Assembly: GCA_951813565.1 (NCBI GenBank)
Contig: OX638351.1
Span: forward strand, 3,264,001-3,328,000
Direction: 5' to 3'
Length of the DNA: 64,000 nucleotides
Source: an uncultured Poribacteria bacterium
GTDB lineage: Bacteria; Poribacteria; WGA-4E; WGA-3G
Below are positions 19,699 through 28,458 of this stretch, one piece after another (the first letter of the stretch is position 1; each line of letters starts with the position of its first letter). The notes beneath the pieces were generated by a model, which did not search any database, was not told the origin of the DNA, and saw only the letters and a list, made by a program, of their open reading frames with translations. The position numbers and the translations under genes are program-made.

Positions 19699-20469
19699 AT
19701 GAAAAACTTAAGTGTTTTTACGCTAATTATAGCAATTTTTGTGTTGACACCACTGATGGCATCTGCGGACTTCTCAGATGGACTCGTCCTGAATTTCTCT
19801 TTTGATGAAGGCGAAGGCGATATTGCTGGGGATATCAGTGGCAATAGTCATAATGGCACAATTGACAACCCACAATGGGTTGATGGAAAGTTCGGAACAG
19901 CACTGAAATTTGACGGTGCGGGAAGTGGCATGTTTGTTACGGTGGAAAGCACCGATGCGCTCAACGTCAATGAATGTACCTTTATGGCATGGATTAACGC
20001 CGAAACGTGGGATGGCACTCGTCAGATTGTTGGCAAATCTGTGCACGGCGGTTGTAGTGGGAGAGGACAATACGGTCTGTTCAGCGAAAACGGGGTTTTC
20101 AAACTCCGTTTTGAAACTGAAGGAGGCCGTGCTGACATCAATGCCGATCTGCCTGAAACTGGAAAGTGGATACATGTTGCTTTTACGAATGATGGCGAAA
20201 TGGCTAAACTCTATATTGATGGAGAGGTCATAGGTGAAGCGGAAATCCCCGGAGCACTAAAAAGCATTGACGACCCGTTGCGGATAGCCCAAGATTGCGA
20301 TAGACCCAATAACGTCTTCACTGGAATAATTGATGAAGTACGTCTCTGGAACCGTGCATTGAGCCAAGACGATATTAATATCGCCAAAGATCTGAGTGCC
20401 CAGGCCACACCGGTTGATCCGCTTGGTAAACTTTCTACGACTTGGGGAAATCTCAAATCAAGATTTTAG
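19699..20469 (+). CDS. Exported LamG/concanavalin-like domain protein (paralog 2)
   Basis: RBS AAGGAG, signal peptide MKNLSVF; tandem paralog of 18837; ends GKLSTTWGNLK. Confidence 0.85.
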   Translation: MKNLSVFTLIIAIFVLTPLMASADFSDGLVLNFSFDEGEGDIAGDISGNSHNGTIDNPQWVDGKFGTALKFDGAGSGMFVTVESTDALNVNECTFMAWINAETWDGTRQIVGKSVHGGCSGRGQYGLFSENGVFKLRFETEGGRADINADLPETGKWIHVAFTNDGEMAKLYIDGEVIGEAEIPGALKSIDDPLRIAQDCDRPNNVFTGIIDEVRLWNRALSQDDINIAKDLSAQATPVDPLGKLSTTWGNLKSRF

Positions 20470-20531
20470 TCGTAGGTTGGGTAGAGCGGTAAGCGAAACC
20501 CAACAATTTGGCAACCTTCATACTTAAACAT

Positions 20532-20566
20532 AATGCTCCAGTTGTCCTTCAACTGGAGCATTTTTT
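20532..20566 (+). terminator. Intrinsic terminator between convergent genes
   Basis: AATGCTCCAGTTG-tcctt-CAACTGGAGCATT followed by a T-run. Confidence 0.7.
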
Positions 20567-21565
20567 ATTCTGTTTCCGCAAAATAATCTGAATCTACACG
20601 CTTGATTACGTATGTGTCTTTTGTTGAAACACCGACGTTGTGTTCTATCATAAGCTTCGCGAGTTGTTGTCCATCAATTAGAACAACATTCTTGGAACTT
20701 CTTTCCGCAAACTTTTCAGCTGATGGATTAAAATTCGAGGTTGTAATGAAAATGCCTTTCTGTGCTCCTTCTCCATCTAATGCCCCTACAAAATCTCGAA
20801 TTGGAGGTTCACCAGTGTTTGCCTCCCAACGCTTTGCTTGAACATAAACCACATCAAGGCCGAGTCTGTCTTCGTTTATGATACCGTCTATACCACCATC
20901 ACCACTACGTCCTACGGCTTCAGCATCTTCTCTTGAACCACCATAACTCATTTCAACTAGTGTTCTGTCTACACTAAAATTGCGATTCGTGTCAGTAGTC
21001 GGGAATCGGAGTTCCCTCCTAACAAAGAGGGGTGTTCTGTAGGAGCGATCTCCGAATCGCGACCTTTACCCGCAAAATTTCGGTAGACACTCCACTAGAA
21101 GGTGAATGACAAGTTTCTCAAAGAAAGCAGGCTTTTTGCTTTTAATTTGCTCTAAAAGTTCCTTTGCCAATTTATTGTGCACCTCTTGGTAAATGTCTTC
21201 AATGTCCTCAACGGTAGGTGCTACATCTTCTTGCTCTTCTTCCTCTTCAACAGGGAAATAAGGTGTTCTTAGTCCATCAGGTTGTTTTAACTTCCCTTTT
21301 CTTAAGAGATATCGAAAGGCAGCAGCAACTACGTCATAATAAAAAAGATCAATATATCGTCCACTGCTTTTTATTTTTGCGTTTTTTTGTTCCTCAGATA
21401 AATTAAAATACTTTGTTAACTTATCCGTGGCCCCAAAATAGTAATTCCTTCAGGTGGATAATCAAGTTCAAGGATTGCTTGTCTTACTAACTCAGGTGCA
21501 GGAAAATCTATTTGGTATCTTTCATCAGTTTCAGGATGAATAGCATTTCTTGCTACAGTTTCCAT
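20565..21565 (-). pseudogene. mrr: Mrr-family (type IV) restriction endonuclease, disrupted
   Basis: C-terminal GDGGIDGII...YVQAKRW...FITTS. Removing the MITE restores FEKLVIHLL|VEMSYGG. A further frameshift lies near 21435. Confidence 0.8.
20961..21094. mobile_element. 134-bp REP-bearing MITE with CTAG duplication
   Basis: CTAG at 20957-20960 and 21095-21098; imperfect TIR TGTTCTGTCTAC / GTAGACACTCCA. Confidence 0.75.
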
Positions 21566-21862
21566 AAAAATTCACTCTTGGATTCAGAAATGTGTCAATA
21601 GCATGACACACCCAACCTAATTTGTCAATCTAAATTCAACCATAACCAGAGGCATTCAGTTTTCATATTTTTCTAAATATTTTGGCAGGGTCGCGACCTG
21701 CAGGTCGCTCCTACAAAGAAATCGGGGTTGAATACTTCTCCTACAAGAAGAAAGAGTATTCATGTCAAAATTTTACACACCTATGCAGTTCAAAATGTCC
21801 CCTTGAAAACATATCCAAGACACTGTATAATAAACGCAAACTTTTACAGAGGTTCAATATCA

Positions 21863-22600
21863 GTGAGCGATGTTCCAAAATCCCATCCGCGTTATCTATC
21901 TCTCACATTACGAGATAGAATTGTGTCGGGAGTGGAGCAGGGGATTACCTCTATCCACGGTCTCATTGCGCATGGGCGCGGGGAAGCATTTGACTACCTC
22001 ATTGAAGAAAAAACACAACCTTTTGCGTTAGCGGCAATTCGTGCTGCAGCATCCATGCTGTGTTTGGCAGAACACCCCGTTATCTCTGTAAATGGCAACG
22101 TAGCAGCATTAGTGCCAGAACATCTCATTGAATTGGGACAATTGTTGAAGGCACCTTTAGAGATAAATATTTTCCACACAGAAGCAGGACGGGAACGGAA
22201 AATCCAAGACTATCTGCTAAAACACGGTGCATCAGAAGTGCTAATGCCTACCACCGAAGCACAACTGTCCTATATTGATTCAAATAGACGTTTCGTGCAT
22301 CCAGACGGAATTTTCAAAGCAGATGTGGTTTTCGTTCCACTTGAAGATGGCGATCGATGTGAGGCACTTCGGAAGATGGGAAAAGAGGTTGTTACCGTTG
22401 ACCTGAATCCGATGTCGCGAACCGCAAAACAGGCAAGCGTTACAATTGTAGATAACGTTGTACGGGCATTGCCGTTGTTATGTAAAGAAATTAAGGTAAT
22501 ATCGGTAGATTCCGTAACACAAACTATCATAACACAATATAGCAACGAAGCAGTACTGCAGGAGGCATTACAGCATATTAGCAGGGGTGTCGATGGCTAA
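21863..22600 (+). CDS. Archaeal-type 4-phosphopantoate--beta-alanine ligase (phosphopantothenate synthetase)
   Basis: VPKSHPRYLSL, GLIAHGRGEAFDYL, PVISVNGN, VPLEDGDRCEAL, VDLNPMSRT; GTG start after AGAGG. Confidence 0.85.
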   Translation: MSDVPKSHPRYLSLTLRDRIVSGVEQGITSIHGLIAHGRGEAFDYLIEEKTQPFALAAIRAAASMLCLAEHPVISVNGNVAALVPEHLIELGQLLKAPLEINIFHTEAGRERKIQDYLLKHGASEVLMPTTEAQLSYIDSNRRFVHPDGIFKADVVFVPLEDGDRCEALRKMGKEVVTVDLNPMSRTAKQASVTIVDNVVRALPLLCKEIKVISVDSVTQTIITQYSNEAVLQEALQHISRGVDG

Positions 22601-24512
22601 CAGAAAACAGCACCGTGTTAAGCCGCATATCCTACTAATTGGGTTAGCACTTGTAGCCTTTAATAGCTACTGGTGTCTGATGGGAACAGAGGTGTGGCAC
22701 TCCACGCAGCTGACGATCGCTTCCTTATTTTTTAATGCGGTTTTCACGCTCCTTGTTTTCGTCCTTGTCAATCTACTACTCCAAAGATTTTTACCCCGTT
22801 TGGCGATGTCCCAAGCTGATTTGCAAACCATCTATGTGATGGTTGTGATGGTAACGACCATCAGCGGACATACGATGATGGGGTATCTCATTCCTGTCCT
22901 CGCGCATACATTTCATTTTGCATCTCCCGAAAATGAATGGCTATCACTGTTTGGACAGCACATTCCAGACTGGATTGCTGTCAAAACACCACGTATATTG
23001 GACGGATTCTACAATGGAGATTCTACACTCTATAATCCGTCTACTTTAAACGCGTGGATACCTCCAGTGCTTGCATGGTCAAGTTTTGTTATCGCGCTAT
23101 GGCTGACGTTGTTAGCGGTAACGGTCTTTCTCCGTAAGCAGTGGACAGAAAATGAACGTCTGAACTATCCGATTGTCCAACTCCCTTTGGCATTGACCAG
23201 CAACCCGAAACGTTTCTTTAGTTCCCCGTGGATGTGGGTTGGATTCGCTATTGCTGGTAGTGTTGAACTGCTAAATGGCTTGAGTTTCCTGTTTCCAGAG
23301 ATACCTTCCCTACCTATTAGAAACAAAAGACTTGGGCAATTCACTTCGAAGCCGTGGAGTGCGATGGGACCCATTGACATCTCATTCTATCCGTTTAGTA
23401 TCGGTTTAATGTTTTTTACACCGCTGGATCTGTCTTTTTCCTGCTGGTTCTTCTGGTTACTGACCCGTATACAACTGATTGTAACAGATATGTTCGGCGC
23501 ACGTAATATCTATAATCTTGAGCAGCAAACAGGTGCGTGGATTGCGTTTGGGTGCATTCCGTTGTGGATGGGTCGGCGGCATTACGGACGTATTATTCGG
23601 AAGATATTCGGCATTGCGCAACGCCAGGGTGTATCGCCGCCTGACGATAGCAGTGAGCCGATGCGTTACCGGACTGCAGCGGTATTGTTTACAGTTGGAA
23701 TGTTGTTCCTTTTCTTCTTCTGTTTTCAGATGGGGATGGCATTATGGGCAATTGGTCTCTTTTTTCTGCTTTACTTTCCTATGATTCTCGGCATAACACG
23801 GATTCGTGCTGAAATTGGTCCACCGCTGCATCAACTTATCCTTGTGGACCCGGGGCGGACGATGGTGTTGGGATTAGGCACACGCCGGTTAGGCGTGGGC
23901 AATTTGACAGGATTAACGTTTCTATATCCGTTTGTCCGATGTTTCCGCGCGCACCCAACACCAAGCGAATTAGAGGCGTTTCGATTAGCTGAACGTAGCC
24001 GTATTGGGTATCGACAACTACTCATCGGGATGATTTTGGCTATAGCGTTCGGTATTGTGATAACGTTTTGGACATATCTACATGTCCTATACGATATGGG
24101 GGCAGGAAGTAAGGCACGCGGCTGGATCGTCTATATGGGTTGGGAGACGTTCAACCGATTGCAAACTTGGCTTGTCAGTCCGCGTGAGACGAGCGTGCCA
24201 GAACTCGGTGTTATTGGTAGCAGTTTCCTGTTTACAATATTCCTTATGATTATGAAGATTCGGTTTTTGTGGTGGCCCCTGCATCCGGGTGGTTATGTAT
24301 TAGTGAGTGGTACAGGCATGGGGCGGTTGTGGTTTCCAATCTTCTTGAGTTGGTTAGCAAAAGCGACTGTGCTAAAGATTGGTGGTGTCAAGTTGTATCG
24401 GCAAGCGGTGCCGTTCTTTTTGGGGCTAATCTTGGGAGATTATACGCTTGGATGCGTGTGGAGTCTCATTGGGTTGGTGCTGAAGATGCCGACCTATATT
24501 GTGTGGCATTGA
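22593..24512 (+). CDS. DUF6785/DUF6784-type polytopic membrane protein (putative transporter)
   Basis: LRKQWTENERLNYPIVQLP, WWPLHPGGY, PFFLGLILGD; many TM segments. Confidence 0.65.
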   Translation: MANRKQHRVKPHILLIGLALVAFNSYWCLMGTEVWHSTQLTIASLFFNAVFTLLVFVLVNLLLQRFLPRLAMSQADLQTIYVMVVMVTTISGHTMMGYLIPVLAHTFHFASPENEWLSLFGQHIPDWIAVKTPRILDGFYNGDSTLYNPSTLNAWIPPVLAWSSFVIALWLTLLAVTVFLRKQWTENERLNYPIVQLPLALTSNPKRFFSSPWMWVGFAIAGSVELLNGLSFLFPEIPSLPIRNKRLGQFTSKPWSAMGPIDISFYPFSIGLMFFTPLDLSFSCWFFWLLTRIQLIVTDMFGARNIYNLEQQTGAWIAFGCIPLWMGRRHYGRIIRKIFGIAQRQGVSPPDDSSEPMRYRTAAVLFTVGMLFLFFFCFQMGMALWAIGLFFLLYFPMILGITRIRAEIGPPLHQLILVDPGRTMVLGLGTRRLGVGNLTGLTFLYPFVRCFRAHPTPSELEAFRLAERSRIGYRQLLIGMILAIAFGIVITFWTYLHVLYDMGAGSKARGWIVYMGWETFNRLQTWLVSPRETSVPELGVIGSSFLFTIFLMIMKIRFLWWPLHPGGYVLVSGTGMGRLWFPIFLSWLAKATVLKIGGVKLYRQAVPFFLGLILGDYTLGCVWSLIGLVLKMPTYIVWH

Positions 24513-24594
24513 TGACTGTAACGCGGTTTCTCTGTGTGCTGCTCTGAACGCATACGCGCATTCATAGCGTTGATTTGGGTTTCGCTCCGCTCTA

Positions 24595-25006
24595 CCCATA
24601 GGCGTCAATTTAAGCACACAATTACCAGATTGCCTCTTGTGGGAGGGCTTTATAAGCCCGATTTATATGTATTTATCGGGGTTGAAAACCCGCAGCATGC
24701 CACACGCGCATGCTGCGTTGATTTGGACAAATGCCAAAAAGCGCATTTGGCGGATTTTCAGCCCCGCAGCATGCCATACGGGGAATGCCAATAGGCATTC
24801 ATACCCGGCGAATGACTAAAGACGAATGCGCTTGGTAGAATACGCTTTTGGTATTCTACATGATTCGCCATGATTCATACCGTTGATTTCTTGATTTGGC
24901 GTATTCAGCGTTGATTTGGATTTAACGGCTTGGGTCTCACAAAATCGGGCTTAGAAAGCCCTCCCACAAGAGAAAATCCAACATTTTTTAAGTTGACACC
25001 TATGGG
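24595..25006. mobile_element. Composite MITE (TIR CCCATAGG(C/T)GTCAA(T/C)TTAA) holding a REP doublet and a micro-unit array (24693-24919)
   Basis: 19-bp imperfect TIR; inner inverted REP pair GTGGGAGGGCTT...AAGCCCTCCCAC. Confidence 0.65.
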
Positions 25007-25276
25007 GTTTTGCAAGCCCAACCTACGGACTAAATAAATAGAAAAAGGTATAACGATAATAATTTGGAAAGATGTTTTGTGTTTCGTATCAGATTACTCC
25101 AACCCCAAGCGTTGCATTTATCAGCGTACTTTTTATGCATACCTTCCGTCGTCATCAAAATTTGATTTCTGACCGGATATTTTATCGTGATCGTACCAAA
25201 TCTATCTGTCAGATAACATTCTTTCTTACAGTTTACTACAAAACATCTAAGAAGACAACCACCCTATCGAATTTGC

Positions 25277-26518
25277 CTATACTTCCTCAACAACAACACG
25301 ATGGTAACGCTTTTTACCAGCACGCAGAAGCAGCGCATTTTCTTCTAACAGATTGGCATCAACGACAACATCTATAGCCTTATACTGTTTCTCGTTGATA
25401 TAGGCGCCCCCTTGTTGAATTAGGCGACGCGCTTCACTTTTAGAAGTAGTCAATCCAACTTCATGAAACAACTCCATAATAGGGATACCGGTGTGAAGTC
25501 TATCACCCAGAATAGTCGTTGTAGGCATTGCATCAAGATCAAGTCCGCCGCCACCAAATGCAGCGCGCGATGTTTCCTGCGCTTTGTCTGCCTCAATCTT
25601 TCCGTGGGCAAGTTTAGTTGCTTCGTAGGCAAGAACTGTTTTCGCTTCACGTATTTCGTCATGTTCCAAACTGCCAAGTCGCCTGACCTCATCCATCGGT
25701 AAGAAGGTAAAATATGCCAAGAATCGCTCAACATCGCGGTCATCGGTGTTAATCCAGTACTGATAGAATTGGTAGGGCGATGTCTTATTTGAATCAAGCC
25801 ATACTGCGCCGCCAGCCGTTTTCCCCATCTTTGCACCACCGGCTGTTGTGAGTAATGGAAAAGTCAAGCCATGGACACGTTCACCTTCAATTCTACGCAC
25901 CAAGTCAACGCCAGCAAGGATATTACCCCACTGGTCATCACCACCGAGTTGGAGAACACACCCATATTTTTGGAAAAGGCACAAATAATCATAGGCTTGC
26001 AGCAGTTGGTAGTTAAATTCAAGGAATGAAAGTCCCATTTCACGTTCAAGCCGTTGCCGATACCCTTCGACACGGATCATCTCATTGACACGAAAATGCT
26101 TTCCGATGTCGCGTAGAAATTCAATATAATTTAAGGACAGCAGCCACTCAGCATTATTTAAAAATGACCCTGCCGTGCCATCCAAATCAAGGTAACGCTG
26201 TAGTTGTTGCAGAATGCTTGCTCCATTCTTTTCAATCTGTTCAGCAGAAATCATTGACCGCATCTCTGTTTTATCAGTCGGATCACCAATCATTGTTGTG
26301 CCGCCACCGATGATTGCAATTGGTTTATGTCCTCCGCGTTGCAAATGTGCCATCGCCATAATCGGCACGAGACTTCCCGCATGGAGACTGTCTGCTGTTG
26401 GATCGAAACCAACGTAATATGTAATTTGATTTTCAGAGAGTAAACGAGAAACCTGCTCTGAATTCGTACACTGTTGAACGAAACCCCGTTCTTGTAGGGT
26501 CTCAAAAAGATTTGACAT
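25277..26518 (-). CDS. tyrS: Tyrosine--tRNA ligase
   Basis: GFDPTADSLHAG, YQLLQAYD, GGDDQWGNI, KMGKT, C-terminal S4 domain. Confidence 0.95.
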   Translation of the reverse strand: MSNLFETLQERGFVQQCTNSEQVSRLLSENQITYYVGFDPTADSLHAGSLVPIMAMAHLQRGGHKPIAIIGGGTTMIGDPTDKTEMRSMISAEQIEKNGASILQQLQRYLDLDGTAGSFLNNAEWLLSLNYIEFLRDIGKHFRVNEMIRVEGYRQRLEREMGLSFLEFNYQLLQAYDYLCLFQKYGCVLQLGGDDQWGNILAGVDLVRRIEGERVHGLTFPLLTTAGGAKMGKTAGGAVWLDSNKTSPYQFYQYWINTDDRDVERFLAYFTFLPMDEVRRLGSLEHDEIREAKTVLAYEATKLAHGKIEADKAQETSRAAFGGGGLDLDAMPTTTILGDRLHTGIPIMELFHEVGLTTSKSEARRLIQQGGAYINEKQYKAIDVVVDANLLEENALLLRAGKKRYHRVVVEEV

Positions 26519-26556
26519 GGGAGTTGTTCCTTATAAGAATTTTTCTACCGAATTTT

Positions 26557-26585
26557 ATAATACCATGCAAGGTGGGAGTTGTCAA
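26557..26585 (-). promoter_or_regulatory. sigma70-type promoter for tyrS
   Basis: Minus-strand TTGACA (26580-26585), 17-nt spacer, TATTAT with an extended TG. Confidence 0.55.
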
Positions 26586-26597
26586 ATCCGTTTAGGG

Positions 26598-26940
26598 GCA
26601 GGGTTATTTAGTTTTAAGAATTATCAGTTAATACGTGTTACTGAAAAGTTTATATTGTCCGTTGGGTTTCGCTCCGCTCTACCCATAAGTGTAAACTTTA
26701 GGATACACCTTCTTGTGGGAGGGGTTTCCAACCCCGCTGAATGCCTACACGCGCATTCAGCGTTGATTTGGCAGCATGCCATACGGGGAATGCCATAAGG
26801 CATTCGGACCGTTGATTTGGTGCCTGCCCGTTGCATGGCACGTCCTGCGCAGTGGCGGGGCACAGGGACCCCGCCCTACAGTGGAAAACGCCGCGTAATC
26901 ATTGCAAATTGAACCTATGTAACCAAATATTTACACACCC
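26598..26940. repeat. REP/MITE/micro-unit mosaic bounded by 20-bp direct repeats
   Basis: GTTGTCAAATCCGTTTAGGG at 26578-26597 and 26941-26960; micro-units at 26737-26820. Confidence 0.7.
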
Positions 26941-26966
26941 GTTGTCAAATCCGTTTAGGGTTTATA

Positions 26967-28421
26967 TTATTGAACACGGTGGATATAGATGTCGTAATCG
27001 CCGCCGCGGGCATCACTCCAAACCACTATTGCACTACCAACACCTGCAGAGACTGCCCTCGGCGTAATCTGTTCTTTACCTGCATCGCAGACCGGCACAC
27101 CATTCTTTTGCCAAAGTGTTGTCCCGTTGGCATCAATCCGTTGGGCATAGATAGCATCCTCAGTTGTATCCCCGAAATCTTCCCGATAGTCAAGCCAGTA
27201 AGCAATAGCACCACCTGCACCATCAGGCACAAGCATAGGAATTTGTTGAACGCCTCCCGCAGTGCAAACAGGCACACCTTTTTTATCCCATAAAATTTTA
27301 CCTTGGATATTAACACGCTGAGCGTAGACGTCGGCAAAAATATCCCGATCATCCCACCATATAACGATGAACCCATCCGCGCCATCACTGATGCAATTCG
27401 CTTGTTGTTGATTGACAGGCAGTTCGCAAATCGCTATTCCATCTTTTTGCCATAAGGTTGTGCCATCCGCTGCAATGTGCTGCGCATAAAGTTGGGCGCG
27501 CGTGTAGAAATTCGGGTCGTTTCTATAGTCCGACCAAACACAGAATGCGCCGCCATTTCCATCAGTGACAATAGTCGGACCGCCTTGATTACCTTGCGCT
27601 GTGCAGACGGGTATAGGTGAATCCCATACCGTGTTTCCTTTGCTATCAATTCGTTGCGCGAAGATGTTCCAATCTGGTGTGCTGATATCCCACCACACAA
27701 CGATGAAACCGCCTTCTCCGTCACTGATTAAAGCGGGATCATATTGATCCCCTTCTCCACTATACACAGGAATACCATTCTCTTTCCAAACCGCTTTTCC
27801 TTCAACTGAAATTTTTTGGGCATAGATATCTTGATTGCCAGTTCGCCAATCCTCCCAGACAACAATCACACCTCCGTTATCATCTGGAATAACGGTAAAA
27901 TCATCTTGTAATGCTGCATCCGTACACACTTCAACGCCATCGGGATTCCATAGTTTTTTGCCGTTCTCATCAATCCGTTGCGCGTAACTATCTTGCGTGC
28001 CGTTGCGCGTATCTCCCCAAACGATGATCGCACCACCTTTCAAGTCAGAAACAATGGCAGGACTACTTTGAGATGCTTCGTGATCACAGACAGGGATCCC
28101 ATCAGGTGTCCAGACCATGTCGCCTTTGCTGCTAACACGTTGCGCATAAATATCGTAGTTGCCGTTGCGCGCATCGCGCCAAGCAACAATAACACCATCC
28201 TTACCATCATCTGTTAACACGGGGAAATGTTGCGCATTTTTAGCCGTACATACCGGCAAATTTTCTGTTGGCATCCATTCTGCTTGGGTTGGTAGGGGAA
28301 CAATCACAAAAAGGAGAAAGGATAATAAGCAGTAGAATATAGACACACGTGGGAAAATACGCGTCTGTGGATAATCACACATTGAAGAACAATCAGAAAA
28401 GAGCATAATTTTAAAACGCAA
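26967..28421 (-). CDS. Exported repeat protein (probable beta-propeller); start uncertain
   Basis: About seven ~60-aa repeats DGxGGxIVVWxDxR...DIYAQRI..xG..W...GIPVC; signal-like hydrophobic stretch. Confidence 0.65.
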   Translation of the reverse strand: MRFKIMLFSDCSSMCDYPQTRIFPRVSIFYCLLSFLLFVIVPLPTQAEWMPTENLPVCTAKNAQHFPVLTDDGKDGVIVAWRDARNGNYDIYAQRVSSKGDMVWTPDGIPVCDHEASQSSPAIVSDLKGGAIIVWGDTRNGTQDSYAQRIDENGKKLWNPDGVEVCTDAALQDDFTVIPDDNGGVIVVWEDWRTGNQDIYAQKISVEGKAVWKENGIPVYSGEGDQYDPALISDGEGGFIVVWWDISTPDWNIFAQRIDSKGNTVWDSPIPVCTAQGNQGGPTIVTDGNGGAFCVWSDYRNDPNFYTRAQLYAQHIAADGTTLWQKDGIAICELPVNQQQANCISDGADGFIVIWWDDRDIFADVYAQRVNIQGKILWDKKGVPVCTAGGVQQIPMLVPDGAGGAIAYWLDYREDFGDTTEDAIYAQRIDANGTTLWQKNGVPVCDAGKEQITPRAVSAGVGSAIVVWSDARGGDYDIYIHRVQ

Positions 28422-28458
28422 CTTCTTTCTCCGAAAGCCTTATGCTGAAAACCTACAA

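Noticed and set aside
19084..20233. Paired alternative-frame ORFs (19084/19910, 19107/19774) as a DGR template/variable pair
   Set aside because: They are shadows of the LamG duplication; differences are not adenine-specific and no reverse transcriptase is present.
24534..25377. Short ORFs over the repeat mosaic (similar ones at 26517-27067, 31891-32557 and 55070-55381)
   Set aside because: They span palindromic repeats and MITEs and show no coding signals.
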